Shown: positions 38,612 to 50,439 of the stretch, one piece after another
Layout: each line of letters starts with the position of its first letter
Numbering within the stretch: position 1 is the first letter of the stretch
The notes under the pieces: generated by a model
The model's database searches: none
The model's input: only the letters and a program-made list of their open reading frames with translations
Told to the model about the DNA's origin: nothing
From: Hypanus sabinus
Taxonomy: Eukaryota
Assembly: GCF_030144855.1 (NCBI RefSeq)
Contig: NC_082707.1
Span: 135,966,001-136,030,000, forward strand
Direction: 5' to 3'
DNA: 64,000 nt
Made by a program: the position numbers and the translations under genes

Positions 38612-40052
38612 ATTGTACAGTGTTTAAAAAAGGAGGGAGAGAAAAACCGAGGAATTATAGACTGGTGAGTCTGACGTCGGTGGTGGGGAAAATGCTGGAG
38701 TCGGTTATCAAAGATGTGATAACAGCACATTTGGAAAGAGGTGAAATCATCAAAGTCAGCATGGATTTGTGAAAGGAAAATCATGTCTGACGAATCTTAT
38801 AGAATTCTTTGAAGATGTAACTAGTAGAGTGGATAGGGGAGAGCCAGTGGATGTGGTATATTTAGATTTTCAAAAGGCTTTTGACAAGATCCCACACAGA
38901 TTAGTGTGCAAACTTAAAGCACACGGTATTGGGAGTATGGTATTGATGTGGATAGAGAATTGGTTGGCAGACAGGAAGCAAAGAGTGGGAGTAAACGGGA
39001 CTTTTTCAGAATAGCAGGCAGTGACTAGTGGGGTACCACAAGGCTCAGTGCTGGGACCCCAGTTGTTTACAATATATATTAATGATTTAGACGAGGGAAT
39101 TAAATGCAGCATCTCCAAGTTTGCGGATGACAGGAAGCTGGGTGACGGTGTTAGCTGTAAGGAGGATGCTAAGAGGATGCATGGTGACTTGGATAGGTTA
39201 GGTGAGTGGGCAAATTCATGGCAGATGCAATTTAATGTGGATAAATGTGAGGTTATCCACTTTGGTTGCAAGAACAGGAAAACAGATTATTATCTGAATA
39301 GTGGCCGATTAGGAAAAGGGGAGGTGCAACAAGGCCTGGGTGTCATTGTACATCAGTCATTGAAGGTGGGCATGCAGGTACAGCAGGCGGTGAAAAAGGC
39401 AAATGGTATGTTGGCATTCATAGCAAAAGGATTTAAGTACAGGAGCAGGGAGGTTCTACTGCAGTTGTAGAAGGCCTTAGTGAAACCGCACCTAGAGTAT
39501 TGTGCACAGTTTTGGACCCCTAATCTGAGGAAAGACATTCTTGCCATAGAGGGAGTACAAAGAAGGTTCACCAGATTGATTCCTGGGATGGCAGGACTTT
39601 CACATGAAAAAAGACTGGATATTCTAGGCTTGTACTCACTGGAATTTAGAAGATTGAGGGGGGATCTTATTGAAACGTATAAAATTCTAAAGGAATTGGA
39701 CAGGCTAGATGCAGGAAAATTGTTTCCGATGTTGGGGAAGTCCAGAATGAGGGGTCACAGTTTAAGGATAAAGGGGAAGCCATTTAGGACCGAGATGAGG
39801 AAAAACTTCTTGACACAGAGAGTGGTGAATCTGTGGAATTCTCTGCCACAGGAAACAGTTGAGGCCAGTTCATTGGCTATATTTAAGATAAAGCTAGATA
39901 TGGCCCTTGTGGCTAAAGGGATCAGGGGGTATGGAGAGAAAGCAGGTACAGGGTTTTGAGTTGGATGATCAGCCATGATCATACTGAATGGAGGTGCAGG
40001 CTCGAAGGGCCGAATGGCCTATTCCTGCACCTATTTTCTATGTTTCTATGTT
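38612..40052 (+). mobile_element. CR1 LINE, 5'-truncated and relatively young (RT plus 3' tail)
   Basis: NYRLVSLTSVVGKMLE, LDFQKAFDK, SGVPQGSVLGP, FADD, HLEYCAQFW, FLTQRVVNLWNSLP; tail tctatgtttctatgtt. Confidence 0.9.
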
Positions 40053-40271
40053 CTTCACACTGCATGTTTAGAGATGCCAGTTTTCTCTCTGTGGTTATAT
40101 TATCTGAGTTCTAAGATCACAAATGTAGTCTGTTGTTAATCAGTCTGAGACCTCCGGCACAACAGACTTGGCGAATTGCCAGTATTTTTGGGCACAGGTA
40201 CTAGGAATGGTGCCTGGCTCTCTCTCTTTGTGGTCTCCTCACGGCCTGTGATTCTTTCTGTATTCTCCGCT

Positions 40272-41125
40272 CATAGCCCGTGACTCTCCTCTGCGCTCCC
40301 CTCTCACAGCCCGTGACTCTCTGTGCACTTGTCACAGCCCGACTCTCTCTGTACCTTACAGCCCGTGACTCTCTCTGTGCACTTGTCACAGCCCGTTACT
40401 CTCTGTGTACCTTACAGCCCGTGACTCTCTCTGTGCACTTGTCACAGCCCGTGACTCTCTCTGTGCACCTTACAGCCCGTGACTCTCTCCGTGCACTTCT
40501 TACAGCCCGTGACTCTCTCTGTGCACTTGTCACAGCCCGTGACTCTCTCTGTGCACTTGTCACAGCCCGACTCTCTCTGTGCACTTGTCACAGCCCGACT
40601 CTCTCTGTGTACCTTACAGCCCGTGACTCTCTGTGCACTTGTCACAGCCCGTGACTCTCTCTGTGCACTTGTCACAGCCCGTTACTCTCTGTGTACCTTA
40701 CAGCCCGTGACTCTCTCTGTGCACTTGTCACAGCCCGTGACTCTCTCTGTGCACTTGTCACAGCCCGTGACTCTCTCCGTGCACTTGTCACAGCCCGACT
40801 CTCTCTGTACCTTACAGCCCGTGACTCTCTCTGTGCACTTGTCACAGCCCGTGACTCTCTCTGTGCACTTGTCACAGCCCGTGACTCTCTCCGTGCACTT
40901 GTCACAGCCCGTTACTCTCTGTGTACCTTACAGCCCGTGACTCTCTCTGTGCACTTGTCACAGCCCGTGACTCTCTCTGTGCACTTGTCACAGCCCGTGA
41001 CTCTCTCCGTGCACTTGTCACAGCCTGTGACTCTCTCCGTGCACTTCTTACAGCCCGTGACTCTCTCCGTGCACTTCTTACAGCCCGTGACTCTCTCCGT
41101 GCACTTCTTACAGCCCGTGACTGTC
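40272..41125. repeat. Minisatellite, ~28 copies of a 26-30-bp unit (consensus cagcccgtgactctctctgtgcacttgtca)
   Basis: A 30-nt period is directly visible (e.g. 40501-40560), with recurring shorter variants. It ends ~230 bp upstream of the AVEN ATG. Confidence 0.95.
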
Positions 41126-41299
41126 TTTGACTCTCTTTCCCTCTCTCATTTTCCCGTCACTGCCTGTAACTTTGTGGCTGTGATCTTTTGCTCCACTGTG
41201 ACTTTTTTCCCTCTCTCTGCCCGCCCCTTGCTGTCTCTCCTCTCTCGTTGCCTGGCTGCACCTCTCCTTCGCCGCTCCTGGTCCTCTCCCTGTCCCTGA

Positions 41300-41900
41300 C
41301 TTTCTCTCTGCTCTATTCACTGCCTGCACATATTATTCGCCGCCCGCTTCGGCTATGGAGGAGGTGCCGCAACGGACTGGGAGCAGAGGCCAAGGCCGAG
41401 GCCGCGGTCGCCGGGGAGGAGGGAGAGGCCGCGGCGGCGGCCGAGGTTCGCGTGGGACCGGGGACCGACAGCAGCAGCCAGCGGAGCCCGAGCGGCGGAC
41501 ACCGGGCCGCGACTTCCGGGAGGCACGGCCGCCCCGAGGCCGAGGCCTCGCCTCCCGGCCGCCAGAGCAGCAGGTAGGAGGAGCGCCCACTCGAGGGGTG
41601 GGTTAGGCGTCAGGTTGAATGTGAGCGGACTTGGACTCAGGTGCTCGGTCTCTAACCCCATCCGCCAAGGGCCGGGCCCTGCACCCAGGACGGCGGAACT
41701 GCCGCCACTTTCCTCCGGACTTTGCACCTGGCTGGTGGAGGAGGTTGGCTGGATGTACAAGCTGCCCCCGAAACAATCACCATCTCTCCACAGCTTCCTC
41801 TTCCTTCCCAGTGCATTCAATTTCCCGCTCGCGGTCCACACATTTATACCTGGTTCTGCTCCTAGTATTACACAAACGCTGAACACGTTGCACTAACTGC
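41300..41900. promoter_or_regulatory. CpG island at the AVEN 5' end
   Basis: The only strongly GC- and CpG-rich stretch in an AT-rich, CpG-depleted window. It overlaps AVEN exon 1 and contains an ETS-like acttccgg at ~41512. Confidence 0.8.
41355..41573 (+). CDS. AVEN: Cell death regulator Aven, coding exon 1 (RG/RGG-rich N-terminus)
   Basis: ATG in good Kozak context (ggctATGG). The 73 codons read MEEVPQRTGSRGQGRGRGRRGGGRGRGGGRGSRG... Donor cag|gtagga at 41573/4 is phase 0 and in frame with the exon at 55662. Confidence 0.8.
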
Positions 41901-42439
41901 TGTGAATGATCTGATCATATGACTGATTGTGGAAAGAAATTCAACAACGAGGTCGAAATTCAACCCTCGCAGTGTCAAGTTTTCGGCCCTTTTCAATATC
42001 AATGCAGTGCAATCACGTTTCCTGTAATAACTGAATGGTGTGCAGTGCTCAATTTGTGGGTTAACTTGTGTATGATTCCTTGATTTTATATCCCTGTTTG
42101 AACCTTTTATTGATTTTTTGAGGGATTAAAGCTTTATTGGCAAGGCTATCTTTTAAACCCCACTCATATTTGCCCCAGAGAAGATTTTGGTAATGAAGAA
42201 AGGAATCCCTTTGCCTTTTTAACCACCTGACTGATCTTCAAGAATTTAAGGCCCATACTATGGTCCTGTTGTTCCAGCACACCACTCCATAGTTCATTGT
42301 TTTGCCTTTTTGTACCTCCCCAAATCTATTAGTTTACACATTGATGTCCTTTTGCCACTTTTTGTCCTGACTACAACTAAAAAATAGGTTGAATAAGATA
42401 CTGAGGCCTGTTGCATATTGCTGTATGAGATTTTTTCCT

Positions 42440-42715
42440 CCACAGTAGGTAACTGAGAGCTAGAGGTCATAGATTTAAGCTGAGGCAGAGAGATTTAATA
42501 GGAATCTGAGGGGCAAATTTTTCACTTAGAATGTGGCCAGTATATGGAATGAGCTGCTTAAGGAATTTTTTTTGGGGGTGGGGTACATTAACAACATTTA
42601 AAAGGTACTTGGAGAGGTATATGGATAGGATTGAGGGATATGGGCAAAGGGATCTCAGTTGGCATGGACTATTTGGGCCAAAGGGCTTGTTAGCATGTTG
42701 TAGGATTCCCTGAGA
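42440..42715 (+). mobile_element. CR1 3'-end fragment
   Basis: agaggtcatagatttaag...ggaatctgaggggcaaattttt...catttaaaaggtacttgga...gggccaaagggcttgtt. Confidence 0.55.
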
Positions 42716-45700
42716 GAACAGATGCAGCTAGATTTCAAGGATAGACATATGTAGTGCTAAAATCAAAGTTTGCGGGAGCAGTGGGTGTCAGGCTGCATCA
42801 AACATAAGCAGTGTGATGTTCACTCGTTCGTTATATTGCTGTGTTGTATGACATAAGCGATCGTGGTCTTTTCATGAAAGAAGTGGTTTACCGCTACCTT
42901 CTCCCGGGGCAGTGTCTTTACGTGACAGGTGATCCCAATTATTACCAATACTCTTCAGAGTTTGTCTGCCTGGGTCATTGGTTGCATAACCAGGATTTGT
43001 CTGCTCCCATGGCTTCACATGACCCTGATTGGGGGTGGGTGGGCTAAACAGATGCAAAAATTGCCCAAGGGTGACCTGCGGGCTAATGGAGGGAAGGAGC
43101 GCCTTACATCTCTTTTGGTAGCGACGCATCTCTACCCCGGCACCTGGATGAGCAAGGTAAAATTTCCAGATGTGGTAGATAAAACTTAATACAGGGGAAT
43201 GGAAAAAATATGGAACAATAATTAATGGGTGTTTTTGGCCCTCATTAATGTCCTTGCCATCCAACATGTAGACTGCTCCCACATCTCGGTGATGAGTAAC
43301 CAGATCACTCATTCTGATCTGTTTGGTGGAGCCTCTCTTCACCAAGCTCAGATTCGATGAAGTGCAGGGATTCATTCCAAGTTCACAGCATAGCATCAAG
43401 TCTGAAGTCAGTGGGGTACTTAACTTTGAGTATTGGGACTGCGGGACATGGGGGCACAGAAGCACCTGCTCCACAAATTGGCACCATGTGGATTCAAATG
43501 TCTCTGTCATCAGGTCTTTCTGTATGGTACCAACATCATGGTAATCAGTAGCTATTGTGCCTTACAAACTTAGTGCTCTGCAGAGTGGTGTTGAGCTTGG
43601 TACAGAGGATTGAAAGACACTGTTTTGAAGGATGTACAGAAAAAGGCTGGTTTTTGCTGCTGAGCTACTTAATCATGCCATTGCCTTCTTGTGGCAATCT
43701 CAATAGAATTCTATTTGGCCTATTTTTTTCCTTCTCTTCATTAACTTCAGATCATGCAAAGCACAGTGCCTATGTTCAAATGCTCAGCAAATTCCATTTA
43801 TCCATCACCTTGTGCCTGTTTATTCACATGCTCTTGGTTAAGCATTGTTTCAACTCTTGTTCATATCCATCAGTGGCTTCATCTGTCCATCTTTTTGTAA
43901 TCTTTCTGAGCACTCTAATCTTCTGATTTGCTTTCTCTGAGCTAATCCTGAATTCGAATGCATTTCAAACTTAATTGCACTATCTTTGGCAGCTGTGTTT
44001 TCAGTACTTAGACCTTGAATTTTTCCCTCCTACCAAAGGTAAGAACTTTGTTCTTTTATCAGCTTAATTACTACTTTGTTTGATAATGTTCTTCAGGGGT
44101 GCCCTGGGATATTTTTTTGCTATTTAAAAGCATTACATCAGTGGAAGTTGTTGTTTAGGCTTCGAGGTTCATCTGTATCTCCTAGTTCAGTACAATTCAC
44201 CCTGATAAAAGAATACATTTATATATCTTGTCAAGAAACAGACAAACCATTTCACATTATTCTATGTTATACAAAATATATTTAGGAAGCAGATGTATGG
44301 CCTGAGGAAATCCCAATTGTTTTTCAGTCAGCAGTTTCAGGGCAGGTACTTGATAGAGTGTGGCATCAAGGCAGCCTGATAGAGCTGCAGTTGTTGCACA
44401 TACTGGCACAAAGGAAAATGGTTGTGGTTGTTGGATGTCAATCATCCCAGCCCAGAATATCATTGCCAGAGACAATGAGTTTATTGTTGTATGTATTTAT
44501 ACATGTAGGCACTGGTGCAGTGACAAACTTACTTGCAGCAGCATCACAGGCACATTGTTCATCATGAGTCATCAGCACTTCCGGAGGACTGTGTCCTTGG
44601 CCCAGCCATCATCATCTGCTTCACCAATGACCTTGTTTGCATCGTAAGGTCAAAAATAGGGGATGCACAATGGTCAATTCCTGCATGAACCGAGACCTGG
44701 ATAACATTTAGCATGGACTGCCACAAAAGTGCCAGACAGTGATCATTTCCATTAAGAGAGATGAACCATCTACCTTAGGCATGCATATCCTGTCTTCATT
44801 AGTAATTTGGGCGGTGGGTGCAGTGGGTCATCATTGATCTGAAACTTAACTGGACTAGCTGATTGAATGTTGGGGCTACATGAGCAGGTCAAAGATTAGA
44901 TATCCTGTTGCGAGTGATTTAGTTTCTGACTCCCCCTAAGTTACCACTATTCCTAAGACATCCCATGAAATGCTCTGTATTTGTCAGGCTGTGGTAGTCT
45001 TCAACCTCAAATGTTAACTATGTTTCTCTTTCTTCAGATGCTTTTTTTTGTTGGTATAGGATATAAATCTTATTCCTATATAGTAGTTAATTTTCCTTTC
45101 ATCATTAACCATAGAAGTTATCCATTAGTTTACTCCAGACAGAGTTTGCAAATTGCAAACTCTAGGGTCAATGTAAATCTTTAAATTGTGTGAGGGATGA
45201 GGCAGAAGATGTTTAGAAAGGTTGAAATTAATGTTGAACGTAATATTCATATAATTAGATTTGTTTGAAAATAATTTTGAAATACATGATTTAATTGATG
45301 CCCAGAATCCAGTCTACATTGATGTTTTAAAGAAAATGAGTCGATGTTTCTGGCAACTGTTGCTTATGGAGGAAATATTCTTTTTATCATTAATATTTTA
45401 AAAATGACTAATCTTTATCTCAAGTAATTTTTCAATCAATGTTTACTTATATCTCCCAATAATTCAAGTGTTAGCTTTAATTGCAATTCAGCAGAATTAT
45501 AGATGGGATTTTTTTTGTCTGTTATTTCCTGGTTCGAATTTAATGATTTACTATCATTTTTACAATTAAGTGAACTTCGCAGTGTTTGGAGTTATATAGA
45601 TAAGGCAGGTTCCTTGGTCAACACAGTGGTTCCAGCAACTGAAACACTGGAGTTCATGATTGTTGGCCAGTAATTGAACAGTAAAACAGCAATGTTTTAC

Positions 45701-46151
45701 ATTGAGTGTGCTGTGGAAATGGCCTAGGATGCCGCCATGCAATCTGGCAGAACACTGCCATGGAAAACTATGCCAATCATGAAAAGATTTTTTATTAGTT
45801 TTGAAAAACTTGATAATCTAATATACACCAGATTTTACTGATAGTTTAGCTTAATATCAGGACAGATAAGTTCCCCATGCCAGGCATGATCTACCCTAGG
45901 CTACTATAGGAAGTGAGGGAAGAGATTGCTGCAATGTTGTCAATGATCTTCGTGTCCTCACTGTCCACAGGAGTAGCACTAGAGGATTGTGGAAGATGGC
46001 ACATGTTGTTTAAGAAAGGAAATAGGGATAAATCCTAGGAATTTTAGACCAGTTAGTCTCGTGTCAGTACTGAGAGAACTAATGGAAGGGATTCTTAGGG
46101 ACAGGATTTATGAGCACTTAGAGGAACACAGTCTGATTAGGGATAATCAGG

Positions 46152-48425
46152 GCATATTGAAAACCCGGTCTCCAGCACCATCAGTGCATGCTCCAACGAC
46201 CATGGACAGCTTCAAAGCGATTGCGCAGCCACCGACTGCGACTCCAGCCTTGAACTCCAGGCCGGGTCTTCACATGCTGTGACTGTGACTCCTGTCTCCC
46301 CTTCCCCACCACCACTCTGCAATCCCCTCTCCCTCAGATCCCATCGTCAGCTCCTGGGCCCTCAGAGGCTCCATCTTCCTTTCACTCTAACCCTTCCCTC
46401 TCCACTGACACTACCAGCCTCCCTCCCCCACCCCCCCAATCCCATCTCTCATCCGTGCCGGGTCTTTACCATTCCCTCTGACCTTCAGCTCTCTGAGGCA
46501 GAGCGCTCTGTCCTCAGTAAGGGCCTCACCTTTGTCCCCCTTCACTCACACCTCAGCGAGGTGAACTCTTCTTCCGCCGGCTCTGTCTTTGAGCTTTGGC
46601 AAGGACTCTCATACCCCCACTGATGACCCCTTCTCCTGTCTTCAACCCTCCTCCTCTTCGTGGACACCCCGCTCTGGTCTTCTGCCTGCTCTGAACCTCT
46701 TATTGCTAATTGCCGATGGGACATCAACCGTCTCGACTTCACCACACCCTGTTCCAATTCCAACCTCACTCCTGAACGCTCTGCTCTCCGCTCCCTCCGC
46801 ACCAATCCCAACCTCACTATAAAACCCGCTGATAAGGGGGGAGCTGTTGTTGTCTGGCATATTGACCTCTACCTTGCCAAGGCACAGTGACAATTCTCTG
46901 ATACCTCCTCTTATTTACCCCTTGATCATGACCCCACTAAGGAGTACCAGGCCACTGTCTCCTATACCATCACCAACCTTGTCAGCTCTGGGGATCTCCC
47001 ATCCACTGCCACCAACCTCATAGTCCCACACACCTCACTTCCCGTTTCTACCTCTTGCCTAAGATCCACAAATCTGCCTGTCCAGGTAGACCTGTTGTCT
47101 CAGCTTGCTCCTGCCCCATCAAACTCATTTCTCCATACCTTGACACCGTTTTATCCCCCCTTGTTCAATCTCTTCCCACCTATGTTCATGACACTTCTCA
47201 CGCTTTGAATTTTTTCAGTGATTTTAAGTTCCCTGGCCCCCACCACCTTATTTTCACCATGGACGTCCAGTCCCTATATACTTCCATCCCCCACCAGGAC
47301 GGTCTCAAAGCTCTTCGCTTCTTTTTGGATTCCAAACCTAACCAATTCCCCTCTACCACCACTCTCCTTCATCTAGCAGAGTTAGTTCTTACTCTCAATA
47401 ATTTCTCCTTTTGCTCCTCCCACTTCCTCCAAACCAAGGGTGTACCCATGGGCACCCACATGGGTCCCAGTCATGCCTGCCTTTTTGTTGGCTTTGTGGA
47501 GCAGTCAATGTTCCAAGTCTATACGGGTATCCGTCCCCCTCTTTTCCTTCACCACATTGATGACTGCATTGGCGCTGCCTCCTGCACACATGCTGAGCTC
47601 GTTGACTTCATTAACTTTGCCTCCAACTTTCACCCTGCCCTCAAATTTACCTGGTCCATTTCCGACAAGTGCTACACCTGCCCTTACACTTCCTCCCTCA
47701 CCACCATTCAGGGCCCCAGACAGTCCTTCCAGGTGAGGCGACACTTCTCCTGTGAGTCGGCTGGTGTGGTATATTGCATCCGGTGCTCCCGGTGTGGCCT
47801 TTTATATATTGGTGAGACCCGACGCAGACTGGGAGACCGTTTCGCTGAACACCTACGCTTGGTCTGCCAGAGAAAGCAGGATCTCCCAGTGGCCACACAT
47901 TTTAATTCCACGTTGCATTCCCATTCTGATATGTCTATCCATGGCCTCCTCTACTGTCAAGATGAATCCAAACTCAGGTTGGAGGAACAACACCGTATAT
48001 ACCGGCTGGGTAGCCTTCAACCTACGGCATGAACATTGACTTCTCTAACTCCATTAATGCCCCTCCTCCCCTTCTTACCCCATCCCTGACATATTTAGTT
48101 GTTTGTTTTATTCTCTCTATCTGCCCATCACTCTGCCTGTTCTCCATCTCCCTCTGGTGCTCCCCCCGCCTCCCGCCCCACGATCCTTTCCCTTCTCCAG
48201 CTCTGTATCACTTTCGCCAATCACCTTTCCAGCTCTGAGCTTCATCCCACCCCTCCGGTCTTCTCCTATCATTTCGCATTTCCCACTCCCCCCACTAATT
48301 TCAAATCTCTTAGTACCTTTCCTTTCAGTTAGTCCTGACGAAGGGTCTCGGCCCAAAACGTCGACAGTGCTTCGCCTATAGATGCTGCCTGGCCTGCTGT
48401 GTTCCACCAGCATTTTGTGTGTGTT
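46152..48425 (+). mobile_element. Penelope-like retroelement (RT plus GIY-YIG endonuclease), decayed and internally deleted
   Basis: LSKGLTFVP, IKPADKGGAVVVW, LPKIHK..PGRPVVS, MDVQSLYTSIPH, QTKGVPMG, HHIDD, and GIY-YIG VVYCIRCSRCGLLYIGETRRRLGDRFAEH. The 21-bp TSD gtctgattagggata(a/g)tcagg is at 46131-46151 and 48426-48446. Confidence 0.92.
48331..48365 (+). ncRNA. Minimal type-I hammerhead ribozyme-like motif at the Penelope terminus (G12>A in this copy)
   Basis: agtc-CTGACGA-a-gggt ctcg gccc-(A)AAA-C-GTC-gac: conserved core, stem II hairpin, palindromic ACGT in place of stem III, and stem I gtc/gac. Confidence 0.6.
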
Positions 48426-48532
48426 GTCTGATTAGGGATAGTCAGGATGGCATTGTACCTCACAAACCAAATTGACTTTTCTGAGGAAGTGACAAAGCAA
48501 ATTGATGTAGGTAGAACTGTGGACATTGTGTA

Positions 48533-49036
48533 CACTTAGTGGCCATTTTATTCGGTACACCTGTACACCTGCTCACTAATGCAAATATCTAATCAACCAG
48601 TCGTGTGGCAGCTCAATGCATAAAAACATCCAGACATGGTCAAGGGGTTCCGTTGTTGATCAGACCGTACATCAGAATGGGGAAGAAAAGTGATCTAATT
48701 GGCTTTACCATGGAGTTGATGCCAGACGGGGTGATTTGAATATCTCAGATACTGCTGATCTCCTGGGATTTTCACGCATAACAGTCTAGAGTTTACAGAG
48801 AATAGTGTGAAAAGCGATAAAAAATCTAATGAGTGGCAGTTCTGTGGCCAAAAATGCTTTGTTAATGAGAGAGGTCAGAGGAAAATGGGCAGACTGGTTT
48901 AAGCTGATAGGAAAGTGACAGTAACACAAATAACCACACACTACAAAAATGGTGTACAGAAGAGCATCTCTCAATGCACAGCATGTCAAACTGTGGATGG
49001 GCTACAACAACAGAAAATACAAATAGACACTCAGTG
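48533..49036 (+). mobile_element. Non-autonomous Tc1-like transposon (5' TIR plus N-terminal HTH region)
   Basis: TA-cacttagtggccattttatt start; MGKKSDL...ISDTADLLGFSR transposase N-terminus; ends cactcagtg. It interrupts CR1 between VDIVY and DFSK. Confidence 0.7.
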
Positions 49037-50439
49037 TCTATAGATTTTAGCAAGCCAGTTGACAAGGCTCATGCAGAAAATCATGAGCGTGAGATCCATG
49101 GAAACCTGGCTGTGTGTATTTGGAATTGGAATTCCCACAGAATACAGAAGGTGGTAGTAGATGGAGCATATCTGCCTGGGCGTCATTGAATAGTGGTGTT
49201 CCAGAAGGATCTGTTCTGGGACCTTTACTCTTAGTAATTTTTAAATATGACTTGGATGAGTTAGTAGAAGGATGGGCTGGTAAGTTTGTAGATGACACAG
49301 AGGTTGGTGGTTTTGGGGTTACTCTAGAAGGTTGTAGGTGACAAAGGGACATAGACAGGATGTAGAGCTGGACTGATAAGAAGCAGATGGAGTTCAATCC
49401 AGAAAAGTGTGAAGTGCTACAGTTTAGAAGGTTGAATTTGAAGTTAGAGTGCAGGATTAATGACAGGGTTTTTAGTAGTATGGAGGAACAGAGGGATCTT
49501 GGGGCCCAAGTCCATACATCCCTCAAGGTTGCCACTCAGGATGATAGGTTGGTTAAGAAGGCATATGGTGTGTTGGCCTTCATTAGTCAGAGGATCGGGT
49601 TCAAAAGCTGTGAGGTAATTTGTAGCTCTGTTTTGGTCAATGCACACTTGGAGTATTGTGTTCTGTTCTGGTTGCCCCATTATAGGAAGGATATTGAAAC
49701 TTTAGGGAAGGTGCAGAGAAATTTACCAGGAGAAAATGTCTGATGAGGAAAGGTTGAGCGAGCTAGGGCTTATATCTTTGGAGTGATGGAGAATGAGAGG
49801 TGACTTGATAGAGGTGTGCAAGATTATAAGAGGCATAGATAGAGTTAATAGCCAGTGCCTTTTTCCCAGGGCAACAATGACTAACACCAGAGGGCCTTCT
49901 TTAAAGTCAGTGGAGGAAAGTTAAGGAGAGTGGTGGTTGAGGGTGGTATATCAGGGACATTTAAGAGACTCTTAGATAGGCACATGAATGAAAGAAAAAT
50001 GAGGGATATGTGCTATATAGGAAGAAAGGGTCAGGTTGATGCGAACCAGGTTACACATCAGTATGACCTAATGGGTCAACTGGCCCATGCAGTCCTGTAC
50101 TGTTCTACATTAATATAACCACACATCCATCATCACATTAGATAGAAATCTATTATTTAGATTCCACATACAGTGTGACAGATTATCATGAAAGTCTACC
50201 AAAACTGCCAAGTCTGCTGTATATATCTCTGGGCAAACAGTTAGCAATTGTTAAATTACAAAACTCGACCTTGATCTGATTAAACTTTCTGAATCAAAGC
50301 TCAAATCCTGCAACTTAATTACCAAGGACGTTACAGAGGAAATTGCACTGAATTTCTGCGGTGAAGGTGGCCACGTATTTTCAAATGTGTGTTTGAATCA
50401 CACAAGTGAAAGAAAACCTATGATAGGGTGGTAGGCAAT

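Larger units (their letters stand above)
45865..50110 (+). mobile_element. CR1 LINE hosting nested Penelope and Tc1 insertions
   Basis: NFRPVSLVSV precedes the Penelope; LTNQIDFSEEVTK..VDIVY lies between the two inserts; DFSK, SGVPEGSVLGP, FVDDT and HLEYCV follow. Confidence 0.8.

Noticed and set aside
40272-41125. CRISPR-like look of ~30-bp repeats with an internal hairpin
   Set aside because: The units are head-to-tail with no unique spacers, there are no cas genes, and the context is vertebrate.
40201-41329. Many long ORFs (up to 202 aa) on both strands
   Set aside because: They are translations of the 30-bp minisatellite (VTARDSLCAL / SAQRESRAVT repeats) and stay open only because the unit lacks stop codons.
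41188-41896. Alternative-frame and antisense ORFs over the CpG island
   Set aside because: Expected in GC-rich sequence. Only the 41355 frame splices in phase to the Aven exon 2 motif.
42872-43510. 212-aa ORF on the - strand
   Set aside because: It has no recognisable domain and overlaps repeat-like sequence (an RTE/SINE-like segment at ~42790-43150), so it is probably a chance ORF.
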